Made by a program: the position numbers and the translations under genes. From Raja brachyura (taxonomy: Eukaryota), in assembly GCA_963514005.1 (NCBI GenBank), contig OY740786.1, positions 37,882,001 to 37,946,000 on the forward strand: DNA of 64,000 nucleotides, given 5' to 3'. Within the stretch, counting starts at the first letter, position 1; each line of letters opens with the position of its first letter. The notes beneath the pieces were generated by a model. It ran no database searches, was not told the origin of the DNA, and was given only the letters and a program-made list of their open reading frames with translations. Below, in pieces: positions 40,601 through 51,792 of the stretch.

Positions 40601-41914
40601 AACAGTAAATTGTTGATAAATAGACAGAGAATCGATAAGCTCAGTCAAAGGTTACAAGACTAACTATAACTTCCTTGAAAGGAGTGGTGTCAGACAAAGC
40701 ACATAATGGATAAGCTGGTTGACATCCATCTTGGTTCCAGCCAACCTTGCAAACCCACAGTAGGAAGCCATAGATAATGGAGTGAGTACCTCATCCATTG
40801 GAGAAATGGATCCACAGTGATATTAGAAATTGATTCCTTCTCAAAGCCACATAAAAGATTTAACCTCCATGTAAGGTCTGTATGGTCCTGAATTTTATCC
40901 ACACAGGACAAGCAAGATGCAGCTAGCTGTTGCATAGTTGCATCTCCATAAACAATCGTTAACAACAAGCTCAGGTAATCAACTACATTAGAAAAATGGG
41001 TCCCAAAAGCCAAGTTTCAGGAGGTATAAATTATCTCCACATGATGATACTTTCTGTCAGCCAATACTTTCAGAACTTGATCCTTGATTTTAGTTTTCTG
41101 TTCCACTGCGCTGTTCAAATATACACACATATATATATATATTGTATACACATGTTATGCAAATACTCAGCCTGTGAAAGGGTGGGAAATTACAGCTGCC
41201 CAGCCATGATCTCTTTCAGTGAGCAGTTCTACAAATGCTTCTGGCAATGACTGTTGGTATGGGAAATGCAAAGAGAATTACGCTGTTCCAAGCAGAGATT
41301 TTCTTTGGGGTTAAAATAGATATTATGAGATGAAACAGAGAAAGTTGCTTTATCCCTGATCTGCCATATGCCTGCCTCAGGAACACCAGACATAAGAACA
41401 AGGGTGGGTGACATGAAATATGTTTAAATCTTTGCAGATTTTTTATATCCATTGAAGTAAATGTGAACCCCCAGGGTTTCCAAAATGCATCCAATTCTTA
41501 AAAGTGATTACACTCGATGTGCAAGGAAAACGCACAGAATTCTGTAAGATCTTGAGAGAGATACAAGATTTCTTTCCATAATACAATCTCTTTGAAGAAA
41601 CTCAACAATTGTTGTGAAACAAGTTTGACAATATTGCAATGAACTTGACACCTTGAAAGTCTATGGTGTAGGAATGTATCCTGAGGGATTTGACTATGGA
41701 AGAATCAATTAAAGAGGAAATGCATTCACAAAGAAAAATATTTTGGAAATCGCTCTTTTGGAACAAAGGGACATTCAGTTAAACCACATTTATACATTCT
41801 ACAATGGTTCAGACCATTGCATCTTTTACATGGAAGCAAAATGAGTTTTTCCAAACATTTGTCTTTGGAGACATCATTCCTTTAAGATTATTTCAAATAC
41901 CTGCAGACCACATG

Positions 41915-42037
41915 CAAGGGTCTCGAAGGGTCTCGACCCAAAACGTCACCCCTTCCTTCTCTCCAGAGATGCTGCCTGTCCCACTTCTTGTGTCTATCTT
42001 TGGTTTAACCCAGCATCTGTAGTTCCTTCCTACACAT
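41915..42037 (+). mobile_element. Penelope pseudo-LTR end fragment
   Basis: GAAGGGTCTCGACCCAAAACGTCACC..CTCCAGAGATGCTGCCTGTCCC..CAGCATCTGTAGTTCCTTCCTACACA. Confidence 0.75.
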
Positions 42038-42364
42038 AATGGAAAAGGTGTTTCCATCTTGTTTCCTGTCAACTTGCAACACACAGTGAGATGCCATTGA
42101 TCAGGGAGTGAATCTCTGATAAATTCTTGGAAGAATATATGAACTAACAGCAATGTTAGAAACTGATTCATTGTCCAAGCCCAATAAAGAAATCTTGGAA
42201 TTAACCTCCAGTGTAAGGTGTGTATAGTCCTGAATCATATCCACACATGACAAGCAAGATGCCTCAAACTATTGCATGAATTCATCTTTATGAGTGATTG
42301 TATACACCAAGCTCAGGTAATCTCTCAGGTAATCATGGAGATTTCAAGAGAAACAGGAATTCAA

Positions 42365-42870
42365 TTAATAGAGGCACACAGCATGAAAAGAGGCCATTTG
42401 GCCCACTGTGTTTGTGCTGGGCATCAAGTACCTATCTATATCTATCCCATTTTCCAGCACTCAACACATAGCCTTGCATGTCATGGTGCTTCAAGCATTC
42501 ATTTAAATGCTTCTTGAATATTGTGAGAACTAATCTCCATCAGTACCTTGAAGATTTATGGGTGAAAAATTATTCCTTAATAATCTTTATTCCTTAATTT
42601 CTCTTTAAATCTCCAGCCCCTTACCTAAAACATATTGCTTCTAGTTATAGACACCTATGAGGAGATGTTTTTATGCTCCTCATAATGTTGTAAACCTCAA
42701 TAAGGTCTCCCTGCAAACTTCTCCGCACCAAGCAATTTAAACCAGCAAACTGAGTGTCTCCACATAACTGAAATACTTCATCTCAGGCAACATCCTAGGG
42801 ATTCTCTTTTATATTCCCATTGCAATCGCACACTTTCTTTTGTGCCCATGGTACTCCAGCTATGGAGTAA
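42365..42870 (-). mobile_element. Degenerate CR1 3' fragment
   Basis: ACAGCATGAAAAGAGGCCATTTGGCCCA tail motif, plus TAAACCTCAATAAGGTCTCCC and CAGGCAACATCCT remnants of the ORF2 end. Confidence 0.6.
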
Positions 42871-42957
42871 TCTTACAGTGATCATATCGAGGATCGTGTA
42901 AAGGAAAAAAATAAAGAGAGCTAAATAAGGAGAAAAATAAGAGAGCTTATCAGAAAT

Positions 42958-43257
42958 GTGTAGTTTAGTTTAGAGATATAGAATGGGAACAGGCCCTTCG
43001 GACCACTGAGTCCATGCCAGTCATTGATCACCTGATCACACTAGTCCTATGCTATCCCACCTTCTCATCCACTCCCTGCACACCAGGGGCAATTTATGGA
43101 GGCAAATTAACCTCCACACCTACGCTGTCTTTGGGATGTGGAAGGCAACTCACATGGGGAGAACATGGAAATTCCACACGACAGCATGCGAGGTTATGAT
43201 CGAACCTGGGTCTCTGGCACTGTGAGGCAGCAGGTCTCCCAGCTGCACCACTGTGCC
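42958..43257 (-). mobile_element. HE1-type V-SINE, near complete
   Basis: The minus strand starts GGCACAGTGGTGCAGCTGG (A-box-like) and has CCAGGTTCGATC (B-box-like), a V-core remnant, a CR1-type tail CCGAAGGGCCTGTTCCC and (CTAAA)n. Confidence 0.8.
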
Positions 43258-44099
43258 ATGATAACAATATGATAGCAGGAGTGATTTGAATGTACATATA
43301 GAGAGTGGAAAAATCAGATGGGAAAAGTCCGATCAGAAGTTCATAGTACTTTCCTAGAGCAACACATTCGAAGGGCCGAATGACCTACTCCTGCACCTAT
43401 TTTCTATGTTTCTATGGAGCAGGTTACACTGCAGCTGATATGCTGAAATAGAGTAATTCCATACAGAGACAGACCCTTTGCTTCAACTATTCCATGCCAA
43501 CCAAATCTAAGCTAGTCTCATTTGCCTGGATTTGACCCCTATCCCTCTAAACATTTTCCACCCATGTACCTGTCCGTATGTCTTAAATGGTGTAATTGTA
43601 CCCGCCTCAATTACTTCCGTTGGCAGCTTGTTCCATATATGTATCCATCCCGTGTGAAAGTGTAGTCCCTCGGCATCCAGATTTCAATCTTTCCCCTCCC
43701 AGTTTAAACCTATGCTCTCCAATTCTTGATTCGTCATCCCAAAGAAAAAAAAATTGGGAGCATTGACTGTCTCCAGATCCATGTATGATCAGCACTCAAT
43801 CCCTTACACTCCCTAGGAATAAACTCCTAGTTTGCCCAACTTCTCCTTGTAACTGAGTCTCTCAAGTCCTGACAACATCATTGTAAATTATTTCTGCAGA
43901 AATTAGATAAGATTAATTAATGGCCTCATAGAGAAAGCATTCCATGGCAGTAATGTGGGTTAAAAGGTGGAATTTTACATTTAATTTGAAGAAGGAAAAA
44001 TATTTAAAACTTAAGAGCAAATGTGAAGCTGAGCCATATAGGTTATGACATTTGTCAACCAAAACGCCTTGACAGATGTTTAAGGGGACATTTCAGAAT

Positions 44100-44640
44100 A
44101 GAAAAAAAACGCAAAGTAACACATCGGGTCAGGTGGCATCTTAGAAGAACAAGGATAAGTAACATTTTGGGTTGGAACCCATCTTCAGAATAATTGTAAT
44201 AGGAGGATAAAGCTGGAAAAATGTCAGGACATCTGAAGAAGGGTCTGGACCCGAAATGGCACCAATATATTTTCTTCGGAAATGCTCTCACCTGCTGAGC
44301 TACACCAGCTTTTTGTGTCTATTAGGTGTGAGGACAAAGCCTGGCAGATGAGAAGATATAGGTGAAGGAGGGGATGGTTTGATTTGCAAAGGTCAGGGAT
44401 GAAATAAGACAAAATGCCGTAAGATAAGGTGTGAACAAGAAGAGAATATAGGGTTGCGGGTTAATGGAAGTAATGGGTGTGAATCTTGGTGGGGCAAAGG
44501 AAAGGGGGGGAGGGGGTAGGTCATAGCAAACAGAGGAGAAAACAGGAAAATTCTCACATGGAAGAGAGAAATGGGGGGGGAATATAAATGAAGGGGGGGA
44601 ATATAAATGAGAAAGAGGAATTCCAAAGGGATAACCCACC
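44100..44640. mobile_element. Penelope pseudo-LTR fold-back plus purine-rich UTR remnant
   Basis: Inverted degenerate hammerhead motifs at about 44160-44188 (minus) and 44233-44260 (plus, CTGAAGAAGGGTCTGGACCCGAAATGGC). Confidence 0.6.
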
Positions 44641-45481
44641 AACTATAGTTGACTAAAAAAGTTAAAGATTGTATCAAACATACAGCAGCTATATAAGTGC
44701 ATACATATGAATGGCAGGTCAGAAGTTCAGACAGAATATTAAAAAAAAACAATTAATGGCTAAAGGATTATTATAGAAACAAAAATTAGCGTGTGAATAA
44801 AGCTGTGAGAATTATAAAAATAAGTGGTCAGAATTTCTACAGATCCTTAAAAGGGTTACCATGTTGAAAGTGACTCCAGGGCATAAAAAATGAGATTCAA
44901 GGTGATGGCAGATGAATTAACCAGGTTGTTCACATCCGTTTTCACTGTATAGGATATATAATATCCCAGATATATCTGCAAATCAGTAGAGAAGGAGGAA
45001 ATCAGAAAAATTACAATTCAATGATTCAATTCAATGATACTTTATTGTCACATGGACCTAGATACAGTGAAATGCTTTGTATTGCATACAACCCAGTAAA
45101 ATCATATGGCAGACTTTACCATTAAGAGCTGCCACTTTTCTGGCACCTACAAAGTTACAAAAGTTCACTGAACAGTCCTTTCTTCTGCCTGCAACCAGGC
45201 CCCGCTGTGTCCCTTTAGTTCTTGGTGCCCACCTGCCCACCAGGTTCCCCCCTTTGTTCATGACGCCCCCCCCCCCCCCCCCTACCGGGTAACTGAAAAG
45301 TCTCTGGATCGTGATAGAACTTCCCTTGGATTTTTAAGTATTTAGTTACATAGATAGATGATGTGCTAGGTTTAGTTTTTGCCCAAATTTATCAAAGGTT
45401 TCCATTAGATTTAAAATAGCAAATGGACTTCTTTTTTTTCCAAAAATGGAGACAAGAAAAGCAGAAAAAGATTGCCCAGTT

Positions 45482-45862
45482 AGAAACATAGAAAATAGGT
45501 GCAGGAGTAGGCCATTCAGCCCTTCGAGCCTGAATCGCCATTCAATATGATCATGGCTGATCATCCAACTCAGCATCCTGTACCTGCCTTCTCACCATAC
45601 CCCCTGATCCCTCTAGCCACAAGGGCCACATCTAACTCCCTCTTAAATATAGCCAATGAACTGGCCTCACCTACTTTCTGTGGCAGAGAATTCCACAGAT
45701 TTACCACTCTCTGTGAGAATTTTTTTTTCTCATCTCGGTCATAAAAGACTTCCCCCTTCTCCTTAAACTGTGACCCCTTGTTCTGGACTTCCCCAACATC
45801 GGGAGCAATCATCTTGCAACTAGGCTGTCAAATCCCTTAAGAATTGTGTAAGTTTCTATAAG
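45482..45862 (-). mobile_element. CR1 3' fragment
   Basis: Reverse complement homologous to 1-358. ORF reads FSQRVVNLWNSLPQKV. Confidence 0.9.
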
Positions 45863-45964
45863 AAATGGGTTGATGAACAGTTTGATGAACATATATCATA
45901 GAGAAAATGCTATGTCAGTGAGAATATGTTTGATCTATTTATTGCAGTTCTTTGAAATTCTTTG

Positions 45965-47923
45965 AAGGGCAAAGCAGGCAAACGCAAGGCAGCTTGACTC
46001 ACGAGGGCAATTGAGACGTTGGTCAAAAACAAGAAGGATGCATGGGGACAGGTATAGGCAGCTGGGATCAAGTACATCCTTGGAGGAGTTTTTGGAGCTA
46101 AGGTGTAAACAGAAAAAGGAGATCAGCAGGGCAAAAAAGGGCCAGGAGATAGCTCTGGCGGGTAGGATTAAGGACAATCCCAAAAATATTTTAATATATA
46201 AGGGAGAAAAGGGTAATTAGAGAGAGAGAGAGTGGGACCTCTCAGGAATCAAAGCTGTCACCTCTGTGTGGATCCACAGGAGATGGGCGAGGTCCTCAAT
46301 GAGTATTTCTCCTCTGTATTTACCGAGGAGAAAGACAGTAGGATGGAGGAACTTGGCTCAGTCAATGATAGTGTCTTGAGAGCAGTCAGTGTTACCATCA
46401 AAGACGTACTGAGGGTACTGTCGTGTTTGAAGGTTGATAAATCTCCAGGGCCTGATCAGAAATATCCGAGGACATTGCGGTAAACTAGAAGGGAAATTAT
46501 GGGAGCCCTGGTTGAAATTTTTATGAGTTGTCCTTAAATACGGGAGAGGTGCCGGAAGGCTGGAGGGTTGCAAATGTCGTGCCTCATTTCAGGAAGGGCT
46601 GCAGTGAAAATGCTGGGAACTATAGGCCGGCTTAACATCTGTAGTTGGAAAGTTACTGGAGAGTATTCTGAGGGATAGGTTATGCAGGCATTTGGATGGA
46701 AAGGGCTAATTAGGGATAGTCAGCATGGTTTTGTACATGGGAGGTCATATCTCACAAATCTGATTGAATTTTTTGAAGACATGACCAAAAGGGTCGATGA
46801 GGGCAGAGCTGTTGATGTTGTGTACATGGATTTCAGTAAGGCATTCAGAAAGGTTCCACGTGGTCAGCTGCTCTGGCAGGTTAGATCACATGGGATCCAA
46901 GGAGAGATAGCTGAATGGATAGCAAATAGGCTCAGTGGAAGGAAGCAGTTTGTGATGGTCGAAGGTTGCTTCTCAGACTGGAAGCCTGTGACTAGTGGTG
47001 TGCCTCAGAGTTCCGTGCTGAGCCCGGTACAAAATGGGTGGTTTTGCAGATAGTGAAGATGGTTGTGAAAGATTGCACAGGGTCTGGATCGATGGGCCAG
47101 GTGGGCCGAGGAATTGTTGATGGAATTTAATACAGAGAAGTGTGAGATATTTCATTTTGGGACATAGAACAAGGGCAGGACCTACACATTAAATGGTAGG
47201 CCTCTGGGTAGTGTTGTAGAGCAGAAAGATCTAGGTGTACAGGTGCATGGTTCCTCGAAGGTCGAGTTGCCGGTGGATAAGGCGGTCAAAAAGGCTTTTG
47301 GCATTTTGGCTTTTATCAGTCAGAGTATTGAGTATAGAAGTTGGGGGGTCATTTTGCAGTTGTATAAGACATTGGTGAGACCGCATTTAGAATATTGTGT
47401 TCAGTTCTGGGCACCATGTTATAGGAAAGATATTGTCAAGCTTGAAAGGGTTCAGAAAGGATTTACGAGGATGTTGCCAGGACTAGAGTGTGTGAGTTAT
47501 AGGGAGAGGTTGAGTAGGCTGGGTCTCTATTCCATGGAGCACAGGAGGATGAGGGGGGATCATAGAGGTGTACAAAATCATGGTAGGAATAGATTGGGTG
47601 GATGCACAGAGTCTCTTGCCCGGAGTAGAGGAATTGAGAACCAGAAGACATAGGTTCAAGGTAAAGGGGAAAATATTTAATAGGAATCTGAGGAGTAACT
47701 TTTTCACACAGAGGGTGGTGGGTGTACGGAACAAGCTGCCAGAGGAGGTAGTTGAGGCTGTGACTATCCCATTGTTTAAGAAACAGTTAGACAGGTACAA
47801 GAATAGGACAGGGTTGGAGGGATATGGACCAAGCGCAAGCAAGTGGGACTCGTGTAGTTGGAACATTGTTGGCCGGTGTGGCCGATTTGGGCCAAAGGGC
47901 CTGTTTCCACACTGTATCACTCC

Positions 47924-47925
<2 letters not shown>
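45965..47925 (+). mobile_element. 5'-truncated CR1 LINE (RT half, decayed)
   Basis: [49 protein letters not shown] and FFTQRVV, then the 3'UTR followed by (CT)n. Confidence 0.92.
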
Positions 47926-47956
<31 letters not shown>

Positions 47957-48084
47957 ATTAACTATGTGCCATACATTGAAAGGAATCGCCACATTATAGA
48001 TTATCAAAAGCATTTAATAAAATGCTGCATCATAGGTTATTGTGGACGATAAAAGATATGAGAATATCATTTTGGTCATAATCA

Positions 48085-49235
48085 TCAAGTTATAGTGATA
48101 CAGTGTGGAAACAGGTCCTTCGGCCCAACGTGCCTACACCGGCCAACATGTCCCAGCTACACTAATCGCACCTGGTCACATTTGGTACATATCCCTGCCA
48201 ACCTGTCCTACCCATGTAACTGTCTAACTGTTTCTCAAATGTTGGAATAGTCCCTGCCTCAACCACCTTCACTGACAGCTTGTTCCATACACCACCACCC
48301 TTTGTGGGGAAAAAACTACCCCTCATATTCCTATTAAATCTTTTTCCTTTCACCTTAAACCTATGTCCTCTTGTCCTTGATACGCCTACTCTGGCAAGAG
48401 ACTGTGCATCTACCTGATCTATTCCTCTCATGATCTTATACACATCCATAAAATCACCCCTCATTCTTCTGTGCTCCAAGGAATAGAGTGGCATCTTACT
48501 CAACCTCTGCCTATAGCTTAGCCACTCTTGTCCAGGCAACATCCTCGTAAATCTTCGCTGTACCCTTTCAAGCCTGCCAACATCTTTCCCATATCAGTGC
48601 CCAGAACTGAACACAATACTCTAAATGCAGCCTCACCAACATCTTATACAACAGCGACCTCCCAACCTCTATACTAAATATGTGTAGGAAGGAACTGAAG
48701 ATGCTGAAGATAGACACAAAATGCTGTAGCTCAGCGGGACAGGCAGCATCTCTAGAAAGAAGGTATGGGTGATGTTTTGGGTCTAGACCTGAATCTGAAG
48801 AAGGGTCTCGACACAAAACGTCAAGTCTGAAGAAGGGTCTCGACCCGAAATGTCACCCATTCCTTCTCTCCAGAGATGCTTCCTGTCCCGCTGAGTCACC
48901 ACAGCTTTTTGTCTCTATATTCAATATTCTGGCTGTTGAAGGCCAATGTGCCAAAAGCCTTTTTGACCACCAGATTTATCTGTGACTCCACTTTCAAAGA
49001 ACCATGCACCTGCACTTCTAGATCCCTCTGCTCTACAACACTACCCAGAGCCCTGTGTAGATCTTGCCCATATTAGACATTCAAAAATGCAACACCTCAC
49101 ATTTCTCTGCATTAAATTCCATCAACCATTCCATCAACCATTCCTCAGTCCACCTGGCCAATGATCAAGATCCTACTGCAATTTTTCAGAACCATCTTCA
49201 CTATCTGCAAAACCTCCCATTTTGTATCATCTGCA
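48085..49235 (-). mobile_element. CR1 3' fragment interrupted by a Penelope fold-back
   Basis: ORFs 48162-48542 and 48568-48816 ([13 protein letters not shown]). The CR1 sequence resumes after 48920. Confidence 0.85.
48680..48920. mobile_element. Penelope pseudo-LTR fold-back with tandem hammerhead motifs
   Basis: Inverted arms CTCAGCGGGACAGGCAGCATCTCT / AGAGATGCTTCCTGTCCCGCTGAG enclose two CTGAAGAAGGGTCTCGAC motifs at 48795 and 48827. Confidence 0.8.
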
Positions 49236-50095
49236 AACTTACTTATCTTGCTGTGGTGCGGAGAAAAGATTGGCTGGCGAACAGCAAGCAGAAAGTGGGC
49301 ATAAATGGGTCGTGTTTTTTTGTTGACAGTATATGACCAGTGGTGCACCACAGTAATTGATGTTGGGAACTCAACTTTTGCAAGTGATGTAAATAACATG
49401 GATGAAATGACCATGGAGGATTACACAATGAAAGGTAACAACGTAAGTTTTGAAGAGTACATTAAGAGGCTACAATAGGATATATACAGGTTTAATGAGT
49501 GATATAATGTTTGGCATATGAAATATATTACGGAAAATGGCAAATTGCCTCTTAAGTGAAGCATTTTATCCGCAGCGCATCTAGATTGAAAAATCAGATG
49601 GGAAAAGTACGTTAAGAAGAACAGTAGTATTTTCTTGGAGCAACACATTCTGGAGCAGGTTACACTGGAGCTAATATGGTGAAATTGATTCATTGAGTCA
49701 TGCAGCACAGAAAGAAACCCTTTGGCCCAACCAGTTCATGCCAACCAACTGCCCATCTAAACTAATCTCATTTGCCTGCATTTGACCCTATCCCTCGAAA
49801 CCTTTTCTATCCATGTACCTGTCTATCCATGTACCTGGTTGCATCGTGGCTTGGTTCGGTAACTTGAACGTCCAGGAGCGGAAAAGATTGCAGAAAATGT
49901 GACCACTTCCCAGTCCATCATCGGCTCTGACTTCCCCACCATTGAAGGGATCTATCGCAGTCGCTGCCTCAAAAAGGCTGTCAACATCATCAAAGACCCA
50001 CACCACCCTGGCCACAATCATCTCTCCATTGCCATCGGGAAGAAGGTACAGGAGCTTGAAATCTGGAACATGCAGGTTCAGGAACAGCTATTCAG

Positions 50096-50982
50096 GACAT
50101 CCGATGGCGCTGTTACTAGCTGCCTCCGCCCACAATCTGGTTGTCTTTAAAAAAAAAATGTTTAGAGTGTGTTTTTTTTTAGTTTTCTTTCAGTATTTTA
50201 TGTGGAGGGAAGCACACAGGGTAAGGGGGATACAGTCCTTCAGTCGCATCCTGGCGAGGATTTGGCTATTATTCGAGTTGCGTCCTCGCCCCCCCCCCCC
50301 CCCCGCGGCCTACCAAATGGATTGACGTGGCCTTTCTTGCCGGGACCGGACCAGAGCTTCAGCAGCTGCGGCGCTGTGCTCGATACATCGTGGAGCGGGC
50401 AAGGCTTTACCTGGGATCGCCGCTTGGAGCTCTGGAGTGTTGGGCCACTGCTCCAACATCGCGGAGCTGTGGGTGCAGAGTACCCAACAAGGGCGGCGCT
50501 GACTTTAACATCGCGGAGTCCTGGGACCTTTTGCTGGGAGTTGCCAGTGGGAATCTCCGCCCAGCACGGCCTGTGGACATCGGGAGCCGTGGACTCTGGT
50601 GGAAGGTGTAAAGTGGCCGATTCAGAGGTCCAGCCGCTGAGGATGTTCTCCCGTTTGACGTCTTGGTTCCATCGTTTCTGGCATGAGGGCCTGAACATCG
50701 GACCACCCGTAGCGGCGACCATGGGGTGCTTGGGAGGACCCGGTCATGGGTGAACATTGGGGAACATCAGCGAGGAGGTTGACTGGACTTTGGTTCCTTC
50801 CCTCACATTGGGGAACTTTGGTGCCGCTGTGGGGATGTTTGTGTTGTGGACTACTGTGTTCTGTGTTTTTGTGTTTTTTTAATTTAATTTTTTTGTATGA
50901 TTGTAAGGGAAAAATAATTTTGTTGGTTCTTAATTGAAGACAATGACAATAAATTAAATCAAATCATATAAAAAATCAAATC
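50096..50982 (+). mobile_element. GC-rich non-coding SINE-like element (divergent family copy 3)
   Basis: GATGGCG head, T-rich tract, CpG-rich body, CCTTCCCTCACA..TGTGGGGA hairpin, and a TGTATGATTG..AATGACAATAAA plus (AAATC)n tail. Confidence 0.7.
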
Positions 50983-51287
50983 ATTAAACTCACCATCAAA
51001 CAAACTCTGATCAACAACAGCCTGTTGCACTTTATCTGTTTATTTATTGTGTGTATATGTAAGGTCTATGGTATGTAGACACACTGAACTTTTATCTCCT
51101 GTTTTGTATTATGTTACATAATCTGTTGTGCTGCAGCAAGCACGAATTTCATTGTTCTATCTGGAATACATGACAATAAACTCTTGTGTTAAAGAAGGAA
51201 CTGCAGATGCTGGAGAATCGAGGGTTACACAGAAACCTGGAGAAACTCAGCGGGTGCAGCAGCATATAAGGAGTGAAGGAGATAGGC

Positions 51288-51315
51288 GACGTTTCTGGTC
51301 GAGACCCTTCTTCAG
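51288..51315 (-). ncRNA. Minimal hammerhead motif in the inverted arm
   Basis: Reverse complement CTGAAGAAGGGTCTCGACCAGAAACGTC, with the closing C of stem II mutated. Confidence 0.6.
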
Positions 51316-51764
51316 ACTGGTCAGGGATCAGGGAAACGAGAGATATAGACAGTGATGTGGAGAGATAAAGAACAATGAATGAAAGATATGCAAAAATGTA
51401 TTGATGATAAAGGAAACAGGCCATTGTAAGCTGTAGACTCCCCGCAAGTTGGAGGAACAGCACCTCATATTCCGCTTGGGGAGTCTGCATCCTCTGGGCT
51501 TAAGCATTGAATGTTCTCAATTCTTTTAACCCAGACTGCCTCCTCTCCCTCCCCACCTCTCCCTCAGCCCTCGGGCCTTGACATTCCTTCTCCATCTCCC
51601 CCCCCACCAACCAAGTCGCACTAGCTTCTCATTTTCACACTACAAACAGCTTACAATGGCCTGTTTCCTTTATCATCAATACATTTTTGCATATCTTTCA
51701 TTCATTGTTCTTTATCGCTCCATATCACTGTCTATATCTCTCGTTTCCCTGATCCCTGACCAGT

Positions 51765-51792
51765 CTGAAGAAGGGTCTCAACCCGAAACGTC
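51765..51792 (+). ncRNA. Minimal hammerhead ribozyme motif (best-preserved copy)
   Basis: CTGAAGA-A-GGGT(CTCA)ACCC-GAAACGTC: intact core, stem II, palindromic ACGT stem III and a GUC cleavage triplet. Stem I is weak. Confidence 0.7.

Noticed and set aside
43190-43257. tRNA gene
   Set aside because: The A/B-box-like head is fused to a V-SINE core and CR1 tail, and no full cloverleaf is evident.
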